Shown: positions 15,301-23,232 of the stretch, piece by piece
How positions within the stretch are numbered: the stretch's first letter is position 1
How the letters are laid out: every line of letters begins with the position of its first letter
DNA from: Candidatus Electrothrix yaqonensis
GTDB taxonomy: Bacteria > Desulfobacterota > Desulfobulbia > Desulfobulbales > Desulfobulbaceae
DNA length: 32,000 nt
Reading direction: 5' to 3'
Assembly (NCBI GenBank): GCA_047651235.1
Contig: CP178758.1
Coordinates: 330,001-362,000, forward strand
Position numbers and translations under genes: made by a program
Notes under the pieces: model-generated
What the model was told of the DNA's origin: nothing
The model's database searches: none
Seen by the model: the letters and a program-made list of their open reading frames with translations, nothing else

Positions 15301-17263
15301 CATACATCTGCTTAAAGGGTTGGGAGAGTATTTAGATCTCGGTGTAGGCTATGCATTCAGAGTTCAGAATTCACTGCTTACAGGAAGGTTAAATGAAGCC
15401 CTTGCTGTAAGCGAAGAGTTTATCGCCCTGGCAATCGAATCAAAAGTACTGCAAAACTTAGGCTGGGCATTAATGAGTAAAGGAAAAGCTCTTTCCCTGA
15501 TAGGAGATATAGATGATCAAACTGTTAAAGATATAAAAGAAAGCAACACTTTGCTGAATAAAACAGGAGATATGCCAAATATTCTTTTGTCTATATCGAT
15601 CCTCGCTTTAGCCTATTTGAGAAGAAAACAGTATATAGAAGCTATATATTATATAGAAGAAGCGGTAAAAATTTTTCCTTCATATTACAGTAATAGTGCC
15701 TGGATACTTGAACTGTTCCCTCTTGGCGCACAAATTTATATCGAAAGTGTAAATAATACAAAAGGATTATCTGCTAAAAACAGAAAAAAATATATTCAAA
15801 GGATACGGTGGTTTTGTAAGCAATCTCGGAAATGGAGCAGAAAATTCAAATTTATTCTCGGCTGGACGTATCAGGTAAATGGTACTTATAATTGGTTTAT
15901 AGGGAAAAAAAAAGAAGCGGTACGGAAGTGGGAGAACGGGCTGATATTCCTAAGAGAAAATACAGAGGATACCTATCGGATCGGCTCTCTCCTTCTTGAA
16001 ATGGGACGATTTTTGCTCAGTGAGCAGGACGCGGGCTGTCAGAAAGAGGCAAGGCGGCATCTCAGGGAAGCGCAAAAAATATTCAAGGACATAGGGGCAA
16101 AAGCAGATTATAGAGAGGTACTGCAATTATTAGGTATCCAGGAAGAAACACCGCCCCCTCAGGAAATATTTCACGAACAGGAAACAACACCGCAACAACA
16201 GTTCAGTTCAGAAAGAAAAATTATGACAGCCTTGGAGACCAGCCGTTATCTCAGCTCTATTCTGGATCTGAATGAATTGCTGGAAAAAATAATGGACAAG
16301 GCTATAGAGCTTCTCGGTGCGGAAAAAGGAATACTGTTTCTGTATCCGGAAGACCCGAACCGACCGCATGAGCTGGAAGTCCGAGTTGCCCGGAACGTGG
16401 AATACCTGGAAAAAGAACAGGATACTTTCTTCACAAGTCACAGTATTATCAGAAAAGTTGAGCAGGAAAAAGAAGCATTGATTATAGAAGATGCGGTAAC
16501 AGATAATGCATTTAAAGAGCAGTCAAGTGTAATCAATTACGGACTGCGCTCTGTGCTCTGCGTGCCGATACTGCACAGGAATATTCTGCTGGGAGTCATT
16601 TATCTTGATAACCGCATGATCAGCGGGCTGTTTAACAGGGAAGACCTGTGGGTACTGGAACTCATAGCCAGCCAGGCCGGTGTTTCCATAGAAAATGCCC
16701 GTCTGTTCAAGCAGTCCGTTATGGATGCGCTCACGGAGATATATAATCGTGCCTATTTTGATAATTTTCTCCTGCATAGCGTGGAGGAGGCATGCAGGGA
16801 AAATAAGAAATTAAGCCTGATTCTCATTGATGTGGATAAATTTAAAATATTCAATGATAGTTACGGTCATCAGGTAGGTGATACTGTTTTGAAAACCGTG
16901 GCAGGCGAAATTGTCAGAAACGCGGGCAGAAATGATGTGGCAGCCCGTTACGGAGGAGATGAATTTGCGGTCATTCTTCCCGGATCAGGAAAAGAGGCTG
17001 CCGGAAAAGTCGCAAGACGGATAAACAGGGCTGTTCAGAATCATATTGTGCACCACAGAACGGACGGTGGTGAGGCGGAAAAGTTGCACATTACCGTCAG
17101 TGTGGGCGTGGCGGAGCTTTCGGGAGAGGACAGAACAGAACTGGTTGAAAATGCGGATAAAGCTTTATATCGGGTGAAGGAACTAGGAAGAAACTGTGTA
17201 GTTGTATGGGACGATAACAATGCCGAATCAGAAAATAGTTGTTTTGGACGGAACACGGACTGA
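12302..17263 (+). CDS. Multidomain signalling protein (1653 aa): Ser/Thr protein kinase, AAA/STAND NTPase, helical/TPR-like region, GAF, GGDEF diguanylate cyclase
   Basis: Kinase, aa 15-281 (nt ~12344-13144): GRGGMSVVY, VALK, HRDVKPSNIF, DFG, SPE. NTPase, aa ~305-530: Walker A GGEPGVGKT (nt 13301-13327), Walker B ILFLDDLQWAD (nt 13694-13726). Helical repeats, aa ~700-1280. GAF, aa ~1308-1465. GGDEF, aa ~1475-1637: DVDKFKIFNDSYGH and RYGGDEF (GGDEF at nt 16952-16966). Confidence 0.9.
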   Translation: MVENLPINEQIDDRYLILDRLGRGGMSVVYRALDREADREVALKFLNPGCMLPYLELAVKFRNEIKVISTLDHPDIIKFYATGEYKGTPYLVTELLEGDSLAGLLKKGVRFTTDDALALVGRIAEALHCVHSHNIIHRDVKPSNIFVVGSPVGRPAIKLLDFGLAHIMELGNFEKNENMSGTFSYMSPEATGIIRKQIDERSDLYSVGVILYYLLTGRLPFQSSTAAELLHQIAAMRPAPMLRFNPHLPEVIVRMVERLLAKDQDERYQSANGLLHDIRRHLNGEREFTIGEGDRNEIRLTYHTKFVGREEELTGIKSLINSAARKQGGICLIGGEPGVGKTRLVKAIKEYVYIRGYNKGEIFIESHCIAQENKVPYQAFRHALDEFIQKITKAGAEERAQEAGRIKELAGELGAILIKLNPNLKELLGHVPDLPPLEPEKENIRFTITAAHFICNLIRDDQVGILFLDDLQWADEGSLRLLEHIGAHISSSNLLIIGTYRSNEVDRNHRLTRIKENALKRGDAVTDIQISPLSHDQVMSMVGNLLKEKNNKLDEFAQYISDKAEGNPFFTITLVKEIVEQKAISWEQGECVIDQEKINTLQLPDNIIDMMLLRTKDVPEELEELLKISALIGKEFKLYLLYRLTGRGHAVILDLIDQAVRLNLLEYSLSDGGKVRFAHDRIRETFLARISDQERSKYHITIARFLQEQYKRDEEGILFELTHHFMEGGDEENGLKYALMAGEKAKTNYASQDATNYYIYAKIILEKKRNKSEQYINLLENLGEQYKILGRFKKSLEILELCNALIPDSNQGDKSRVLGKIGEVLFEKGEVEKSFHVLEQALKLSGIKIPQGQFSVIIHLLVQFSLQMFHLPRWFPRKPIHVAKGKEGSNDVIVLRLLNILYKWYFFKDKKKSLYCHLKCLNLAEKTSPCSELIHCYVLGGVIWASIPWESKALRYAKLGIDTAIKTGDKLLEGTAYAGYGLALLVLNRPQKGLEYSKKGIHLLKGLGEYLDLGVGYAFRVQNSLLTGRLNEALAVSEEFIALAIESKVLQNLGWALMSKGKALSLIGDIDDQTVKDIKESNTLLNKTGDMPNILLSISILALAYLRRKQYIEAIYYIEEAVKIFPSYYSNSAWILELFPLGAQIYIESVNNTKGLSAKNRKKYIQRIRWFCKQSRKWSRKFKFILGWTYQVNGTYNWFIGKKKEAVRKWENGLIFLRENTEDTYRIGSLLLEMGRFLLSEQDAGCQKEARRHLREAQKIFKDIGAKADYREVLQLLGIQEETPPPQEIFHEQETTPQQQFSSERKIMTALETSRYLSSILDLNELLEKIMDKAIELLGAEKGILFLYPEDPNRPHELEVRVARNVEYLEKEQDTFFTSHSIIRKVEQEKEALIIEDAVTDNAFKEQSSVINYGLRSVLCVPILHRNILLGVIYLDNRMISGLFNREDLWVLELIASQAGVSIENARLFKQSVMDALTEIYNRAYFDNFLLHSVEEACRENKKLSLILIDVDKFKIFNDSYGHQVGDTVLKTVAGEIVRNAGRNDVAARYGGDEFAVILPGSGKEAAGKVARRINRAVQNHIVHHRTDGGEAEKLHITVSVGVAELSGEDRTELVENADKALYRVKELGRNCVVVWDDNNAESENSCFGRNTD

Positions 17264-18593
17264 TGATAACTTTGATGAACTCCTTGGAATCCTGCTTGAT
17301 GTGTTGCATCAGAAAAATACAGACGTGCAGTTATTCAGACTGCGGGATATCAAAATAAATCATTGTATAGGGTGCTTCAACTGCTGGCTGAAAACTCCCG
17401 GCAGATGCATATATAATGATGCCGGACAATATATTCTTCAGAATATTGTAACGAGTGATATTCTTATCTTATTTTCTCCCGTGGTTTTTGGTGGGTATTC
17501 ATCAGAACTAAAAAAAATAGTGGACCGTTTCCTCCCGATAGTACTTCCTTTTTTTATAAAGGCTCATGGAGAAACGCACCATCCGCCACGTTATACAGAC
17601 TTCCCCCGCATCGTGGGAATAGGAGTCACATCCAGTCCCGAAAAAGATCTTACTCACTGTTTCAGAATGCTTGTCGGGCGTAATGCATTAAATCTTCCCC
17701 CGTCATACTACTCTGCTGAGGTGATCAACACAGCAGATGCTCCGGAAATACTTCGTCAACGGTTTTATGCTTTGCTCTCCAGAACAGACAAACTTCCTCT
17801 GGGCAAAGAGGTGGCTTCATTATTTTCGATGTATTGCATTCCTGCTGATTTCCCCGATAAAGCGACAGAAAAACGTAGAGCATTACTTATTACGGGAAGT
17901 CCGAAAAGTAACAGTTCCAGTACATCATCTATTCTCGGAGAATTCCTCCTGAAAGAACTCAACAGGCGGGGTATCATTGTTGACTCTCTGACTCTTAAAA
18001 AAGATTTGCTGCACAATGAGGGACAACGAAATCTTAATGCAGCTGTAGAAAAAGCGGATATGATATTGATAGCTTTTCCTCTCTACTTTGACACCTTGCC
18101 TTTTTTAGTTACAAAGGCATTGGAAGTGATAGCTTCTCATAGGGAAAATATAACTGGAGAAAAAGATAAATTTTTTCTCGCCCTCCTGAATAATGGGCTT
18201 ACAGAATCGTATCAAAATGCTGTAGCGCTCGCCATTTGTCGGAATTTTGCGGTGGAGTGCAATATGGTATGGGCAGGGGGGCTTGCCATAGGCATCGGGG
18301 AAGGGCTTATTAACGGGAGATCGCTGACCGGCTTCAGGGGGTTTGGAGGCTTTAAGCGTCCTCCTCTCTTTTATGTAACTCGATCTTTAAAACTTACTGC
18401 AGCGGCCTTGGCAGCAGGTCAGCCGGTACCTGAAAAGGCGATGCATCTGATGGCCCGACAGCCGGTACCTTTTATCTCTTCGGACAGATGGCGTTCGTTT
18501 GTCATAAAAAAAGTAAAAAAAATACTGAAAAAAGAAGCAGAAAAGAATGGCCTGAACATACAGGAAATGTTCAAAAAGCCATATGCAGAGTAG
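17220..18593 (+). CDS. Double flavodoxin-fold protein: N-terminal iron-sulfur-flavoprotein-like half (CX2CX2CX7C) plus a second NAD(P)H-dependent FMN-reductase-like half (paralog 1)
   Basis: I chose ATG 17220 (MPNQKIVVLDGTR) because it aligns with the paralog N-terminus MIHKTVILDGTR. This start overlaps the upstream stop by 44 nt. Motifs: HCIGCFNCWLKTPGRC and SPVVFGGYSSELKK (WrbA/Isf-like); the second half has LLITGSPKSNSS and AFPLYFDTLP. Confidence 0.8.
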   Translation: MPNQKIVVLDGTRTDDNFDELLGILLDVLHQKNTDVQLFRLRDIKINHCIGCFNCWLKTPGRCIYNDAGQYILQNIVTSDILILFSPVVFGGYSSELKKIVDRFLPIVLPFFIKAHGETHHPPRYTDFPRIVGIGVTSSPEKDLTHCFRMLVGRNALNLPPSYYSAEVINTADAPEILRQRFYALLSRTDKLPLGKEVASLFSMYCIPADFPDKATEKRRALLITGSPKSNSSSTSSILGEFLLKELNRRGIIVDSLTLKKDLLHNEGQRNLNAAVEKADMILIAFPLYFDTLPFLVTKALEVIASHRENITGEKDKFFLALLNNGLTESYQNAVALAICRNFAVECNMVWAGGLAIGIGEGLINGRSLTGFRGFGGFKRPPLFYVTRSLKLTAAALAAGQPVPEKAMHLMARQPVPFISSDRWRSFVIKKVKKILKKEAEKNGLNIQEMFKKPYAE

Positions 18594-18656
18594 ATAAGTT
18601 TTTATTTTTATGTGCGAAAAAGAATTGTAATTGTCAACTAATACTTTTCGGATCCA

Positions 18657-20039
18657 TTGATACATAAGACTGTTATTCTCGACGGAACACGCTCTGAGGA
18701 TGGGGAAAAGTTTACACCCGTATTTACTCTTCTGATGGAAGAGTTGCGCGATAGCGGCACAAAAGTGCAGACATTTAAATTAAACGACATCAAGATCAAT
18801 CATTGCATTGGATGCTTTAACTGCTGGAGTAAAACACCCGGCAGATGTGTTCATACTGCAGATACAGGGGCTGAAATTCTTCAGGAAATCCTGAACAGCA
18901 ATACAGTTATCTTTTTTACTCCTGTAGTTTTTGGAGGATATTCATCGGAACTGAAAAAAATAGCCGACCGTTCTTTACCATTTGTTCTTCCTTTTCTCAG
19001 GAGAATTTATGGTGAAACTCACCATCCCACTCGTTATTCAATCTTTCCCCGTTTTGTTGGTATCGGGGTATGCACACATCCTCAAAAAGAATTATCTGAT
19101 TGTTTCAGGACATTTGTCGGGAGAAGTGCTGCAAATCTTGAGACCGGATACGCTGCTGAAGTGGTCAGCACTACGGATTCTCCTGATAGACTCCGCCTTC
19201 TATTTCATTCATTACTGTGCAGAGAAGATTCTCTTCCAGGTCGTAATGAGCTTATATCATTGATGGACGATACACTTCCCGTGCCAGATACATCTATCTC
19301 TACAGGAAACCGTAAGGTATTGCTCATTATAGGTAGTCCGAAAACTAATTCTCCAAGTACCTCCGCCACACTGGGAAGTTATCTGCTGGAAAGACTTGAA
19401 AAGTATGGCTGGAAAACAGCGTCGCTGACTCTTGGAAAAAAACTTTACAGCACACAAGGGCAAAGCGATCTCTATGCAACAATAATCTGGGCAGATACCA
19501 TAATTCTCTCTGCTCCTCTATATTATGATGCTCTGCCTTTTCTTGTAACAAAGGCTTTCGAAGTAATAGCGGCCCGCAGGGAAAGCATAAAAAACAAACA
19601 ACCAAAGAATTTTCTTGCAATTATGAACAACGGGTTCCCGGAATCATATCAGAACGCTGTGGCACTCAGTATTTGCAGAAATTTTGCAATGGAATGCGGC
19701 AGTAATTGGATAGGAGGACTTGCTCTGGGAGCTGGCGAAGGTCTTCTCAGCGGTCATAGAATTACCGGTTTTAAAGGGTTTAGAGGTTTTAAACGTCCTC
19801 CCCTCTATCATGTAGTTCATGCTCTGGATATTACTGCTGCAGCACTTGCAGCAGGCCAGCCGGTACCTCGAAAAGCTGTGCAGCTTATGGACAGGAAACC
19901 TATTCCTTTCATTCCATTTAACCTGTGGCGCTGGATGTATATGAAGATAGCAAAAAAAATGTGGTATAAAGAGGCGCTGGAAAACGGAATCACCAAGGAG
20001 ATGATGTTGGACAAACCTTATATGCCGGAACCTGACTGA
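18657..20039 (+). CDS. Double flavodoxin-fold protein, tandem paralog 2 of the preceding gene
   Basis: Collinear with paralog 1 over the full length: HCIGCFNCWSKTPGRC, TPVVFGGYSSELKK, GETHHPTRY, IIGSPKTNSPS, APLYYDALPFLVTKA, ESYQNAVALSICRNFA, GFKRPPL, TAAALAAGQPVP. The only in-frame start is TTG at 18657. Confidence 0.8.
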   Translation: MIHKTVILDGTRSEDGEKFTPVFTLLMEELRDSGTKVQTFKLNDIKINHCIGCFNCWSKTPGRCVHTADTGAEILQEILNSNTVIFFTPVVFGGYSSELKKIADRSLPFVLPFLRRIYGETHHPTRYSIFPRFVGIGVCTHPQKELSDCFRTFVGRSAANLETGYAAEVVSTTDSPDRLRLLFHSLLCREDSLPGRNELISLMDDTLPVPDTSISTGNRKVLLIIGSPKTNSPSTSATLGSYLLERLEKYGWKTASLTLGKKLYSTQGQSDLYATIIWADTIILSAPLYYDALPFLVTKAFEVIAARRESIKNKQPKNFLAIMNNGFPESYQNAVALSICRNFAMECGSNWIGGLALGAGEGLLSGHRITGFKGFRGFKRPPLYHVVHALDITAAALAAGQPVPRKAVQLMDRKPIPFIPFNLWRWMYMKIAKKMWYKEALENGITKEMMLDKPYMPEPD

Positions 20040-20118
20040 TTGTCAAGTGCCGCTTCATCGCAGTCCGGAGGACCCCAAGGCACCATTCTATGGCAAAAGG
20101 AGAATATATCAGAATCCA

Positions 20119-21249
20119 TTATTTCCAGCATTCCTGAACAATACTGACAACCTGTTTCAGCTCATTTTCACGCATACCTGTACCGGAGGGCAGACAAAAT
20201 CCGTTGCGGAAAATTTCTTCGGCAACCTGTCCTCCTACAGTTTCGTAGCCTGCATACAGAGGCTGCATATGCATGGGCTTCCAAGTCGGGCGGGATTCAA
20301 TATTATTATTTTCCAGCTCTTGAATAATTGCATCACGGTTGATACCGGCTTGACCAGGATCAACGGTCAGACAGGTGAGCCAGCGGGTGGAACGGGCAAA
20401 ATCCGGTTCCGGCATAAAGGCGATACCTGGCAGGCCACGCAACTGCTCACGGTAGGAAGCAAAGATCTCCCGTTTCCTTTGCACACGGTCCTCCAGTACT
20501 CGGAGCTGCCCACGGCCTATGGCAGCCAGCACATTGCTCATCCGGTAGTTATACCCCATTTCCGAATGCTGATAATGCATTGCATTATCTTTGGCCTGTG
20601 TGGCCCAGAACTTAACCTTGCCGATTAACTCCTCATTATCGGAAACAATCATGCCGCCCCCGGAGGTGGTGATGATTTTATTGCCGTTAAAGGAATAAAA
20701 ACCGGCCCGTCCGAAGGTTCCTGGCACCTTGCCTTTGTATTTCGCCCCAAGAGCCTCGGCAGCATCTTCAATTAGAATGACACCATGCCTGTCACAGGCA
20801 GCTTGTATGGGCTCAATATCAGCTGGCTGGCCATAGAGGTGCACCAGCACTACGGCCTTGGGCAGACAGCCCTGGGCCGCACGGTGTTCAAGCTCCGAAG
20901 CTAACAGAGTCGGATTCATATTCCAGCTTGAATGGTCTGAATCAATAAAGACAGGGGTGGCTCCCTGATATAGAATGGGATTGGCACTGCCGACAAAGGT
21001 GAAGGTGGAACAGAACACGATATCACCGGGACCAACTCCGACATAGCGCAAGAGCAGATGCAGGGCAGCCGTCCCGGAAGCAACGGCTGCGGCATACTTT
21101 GCTCCGACAGTATGAGCAAATTCCTGCTCAAAGGCGTCTATCTGCGGACCGACCGGAGCAATATAGTTGGAAGTGAATGCCTCGTGGATAAAATCAAGCT
21201 CTTGACCGCCCATGTGGGGGGCAGAGAGGAATATTCGTTTGTTTCTCAT
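20119..21249 (-). CDS. DegT/DnrJ/EryC1/StrS-family PLP-dependent sugar aminotransferase (PglE/EpsN-like)
   Basis: 376 aa with the N-terminal block IFLSAPHMGGQELDFIHEAF..NYIAPVGP, GTAALHL, and the Lys-containing block SFNGNKIITTSGGGMIV. Confidence 0.88.
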   Translation of the reverse strand: MRNKRIFLSAPHMGGQELDFIHEAFTSNYIAPVGPQIDAFEQEFAHTVGAKYAAAVASGTAALHLLLRYVGVGPGDIVFCSTFTFVGSANPILYQGATPVFIDSDHSSWNMNPTLLASELEHRAAQGCLPKAVVLVHLYGQPADIEPIQAACDRHGVILIEDAAEALGAKYKGKVPGTFGRAGFYSFNGNKIITTSGGGMIVSDNEELIGKVKFWATQAKDNAMHYQHSEMGYNYRMSNVLAAIGRGQLRVLEDRVQRKREIFASYREQLRGLPGIAFMPEPDFARSTRWLTCLTVDPGQAGINRDAIIQELENNNIESRPTWKPMHMQPLYAGYETVGGQVAEEIFRNGFCLPSGTGMRENELKQVVSIVQECWK

Positions 21250-21258
21250 CTGGGCAGC

Positions 21259-22272
21259 TCACTTTGTCGCCCTGTACTTAGGGAAATAATCCGTATTCTG
21301 TTTACAATCTGACGACAATTCTTCGTATTCTTGTTCATTTAAAATTAGTTTTATTACATTAAAATTTTCTGTACGCTTCGAGAAGCCAGATTTGAATTTA
21401 AACAAATTGTCTTCAGCGGCACCTAATCCGCCTCCAAGTACAAAGTATTTTTTCCCCTCAAGGAATGCTTCAGTTCTAACCGTATCTATCATCATTTTTG
21501 TTCCAGCAAGTCTATAATAATCAGGATTGCTTCCACTTAAATGATATTGCACAATTTCTCCGCAAAAAACAAAAATTCCACTGCAAATTACGACATTATC
21601 ATATTTACATGAATATATACGTGTCTCGAAATTTGAAGCGTTCAGTAAATCACGATAATAAAATTCAGGAAAGAAATACATGCTCGAAGCATTCAATGAA
21701 CGCATTGTAGCTTCATAGTTCAGGATAAAAAAATGTAAACTTTCTTCGTCGTTTGAGTGATAACAATCAACTTCCTTCTTTTTCAGAGTGTTAATATCAC
21801 ATTTGTGCCCCTTACGATATCCTCGTATTTGTTCACCCTGAGAAAGAGATAAATCAATGACAACAACTTTACCTGAAAAAATACCGCATAAATCTACTAT
21901 ATATTCTGGCGTAACTAAAGGATGAAGTCTTGTAAAAAGACTTATATAGCCACTGTCTATTAAATGACGAGTAAAACCGCTCCACATGGATACAATTTCA
22001 TCGTTTGAAGCATCCCCATAAACAAGCGGGGATGGGTACCCGTAAACTGATGTCAGATCATTATAACGAGTATTTGGTATTTCTCTTTCCAAAAGAGGAA
22101 TCAGTAAACCGGCATTTTTTGTGCTGATTTTGAAAAGTACAGGTGCTCCTTCGCCATTATCCCGTGATATAACATGAAAATCCCAAGTATGATAGAAATC
22201 AAATTTTTCCGCCAGAGAAAGAGCATTGCTCCATCTCTTTTTATTAGAAATCTCGTCAATCTGCCATGTCAT
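21259..22272 (-). CDS. FemAB-like / GNAT-fold acyl- or aminoacyl-transferase (Acetyltransf_6 type) of polysaccharide loci
   Basis: 337 aa. Pattern typical of this family: HTWDF..., LTSVYGYPSPL, FTRLHPL, VQYHLSGSNPDY, LGGGLGAAEDNLFKFKSGFS. The assignment is by remembered pattern only. Confidence 0.6.
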   Translation of the reverse strand: MTWQIDEISNKKRWSNALSLAEKFDFYHTWDFHVISRDNGEGAPVLFKISTKNAGLLIPLLEREIPNTRYNDLTSVYGYPSPLVYGDASNDEIVSMWSGFTRHLIDSGYISLFTRLHPLVTPEYIVDLCGIFSGKVVVIDLSLSQGEQIRGYRKGHKCDINTLKKKEVDCYHSNDEESLHFFILNYEATMRSLNASSMYFFPEFYYRDLLNASNFETRIYSCKYDNVVICSGIFVFCGEIVQYHLSGSNPDYYRLAGTKMMIDTVRTEAFLEGKKYFVLGGGLGAAEDNLFKFKSGFSKRTENFNVIKLILNEQEYEELSSDCKQNTDYFPKYRATK

Positions 22273-22331
22273 ACAATATCCTTTTCTATTCTTACAGGTT
22301 CTGCCGCCACGATCTACCTATGTTTATTTGA

Positions 22332-23228
22332 TTATTCCATCTGATGAAGTATTTCCTCAAGCTGTACTTTGATTTTTTCTTCTTCCTGAGTAAAACACTC
22401 CGATGATATTTTGTTATTAATTCCTTGAATATTCTTTTCAAGAGGAGATAAGTTTAATTCGGCAATCAGGTTTTTTATTGTATATTCAGGTTCCTTGCAA
22501 AGATCGTCAAGATTAATCTGTAAACTTGCGTCATTCGGTATTTGAGCAAGCTGCCCTTCTATCCAGTCTTCTATAAGTTTTACCTGAGCAACGACCTGAA
22601 CCGGAGCAGGCTCACTGTCATATTTATCTGCACCGAGAGGGCGGGCAGAGAACCAACTATCAGCTGCTCCCGTCTTGTCTTTACGCATTTGGAGAAGAGA
22701 AAGGGCGTTATCAACAGAATTCCGTCTCACCCAAATCCATTTACTTGAAGGCAGATAGCTATGAAAAGCTGCTAAGTGCCAATATAACTGAAATACCTTA
22801 TAGACTACAGGGCGTTGATAAACGGAAGCAATTCTATTAAGCGTTATGACCAGAGCATCCCAATCAATTCCTTTATCTGTTTCTTTTTGCGCCATATCTG
22901 AATAATTCAATACAGAGCGCCAAAAACCGCCAAACTCATGAGGTTCTTCCGGATACAGAGTTTGCCCATACGCAGAGTCACCGGTAAATAAGCGGCGCTT
23001 TAACACCTCGCACGACAATTGCGCACCTACTGCCGGAGCTTGCCAAAAGCGTGCCATAAGATTATTGACATACCCTACGTCAGCACATGCGGATAAAAGT
23101 TGGCTTATCAGCGTGGTGCCTGAACGCGGTACTCCAATTATAAAAATAGGGGAAGGTGGGGAAGTATTTACCGGAAAAGAAGACTCCAATCCCTGTAATG
23201 ACTTGTTTAATTCGTTTAGAAAATTCAT
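22332..23228 (-). CDS. Sulfotransferase family protein (PAPS-dependent type)
   Basis: 5'-phosphosulfate-binding loop IIGVPRSGTTLISQLL and a 3'-phosphate-binding-like WVRRNSVDNALS. I chose ATG 23228 (MNFLNE), 4 nt after the upstream stop; the longest ORF reaches 23273. Confidence 0.75.
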   Translation of the reverse strand: MNFLNELNKSLQGLESSFPVNTSPPSPIFIIGVPRSGTTLISQLLSACADVGYVNNLMARFWQAPAVGAQLSCEVLKRRLFTGDSAYGQTLYPEEPHEFGGFWRSVLNYSDMAQKETDKGIDWDALVITLNRIASVYQRPVVYKVFQLYWHLAAFHSYLPSSKWIWVRRNSVDNALSLLQMRKDKTGAADSWFSARPLGADKYDSEPAPVQVVAQVKLIEDWIEGQLAQIPNDASLQINLDDLCKEPEYTIKNLIAELNLSPLEKNIQGINNKISSECFTQEEEKIKVQLEEILHQME

Positions 23229-23232
23229 AGTG

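Noticed and set aside
20047-20628. 193-aa plus-strand ORF
   Set aside because: It is antisense to the 3' part of the DegT-type aminotransferase gene and has no motifs.
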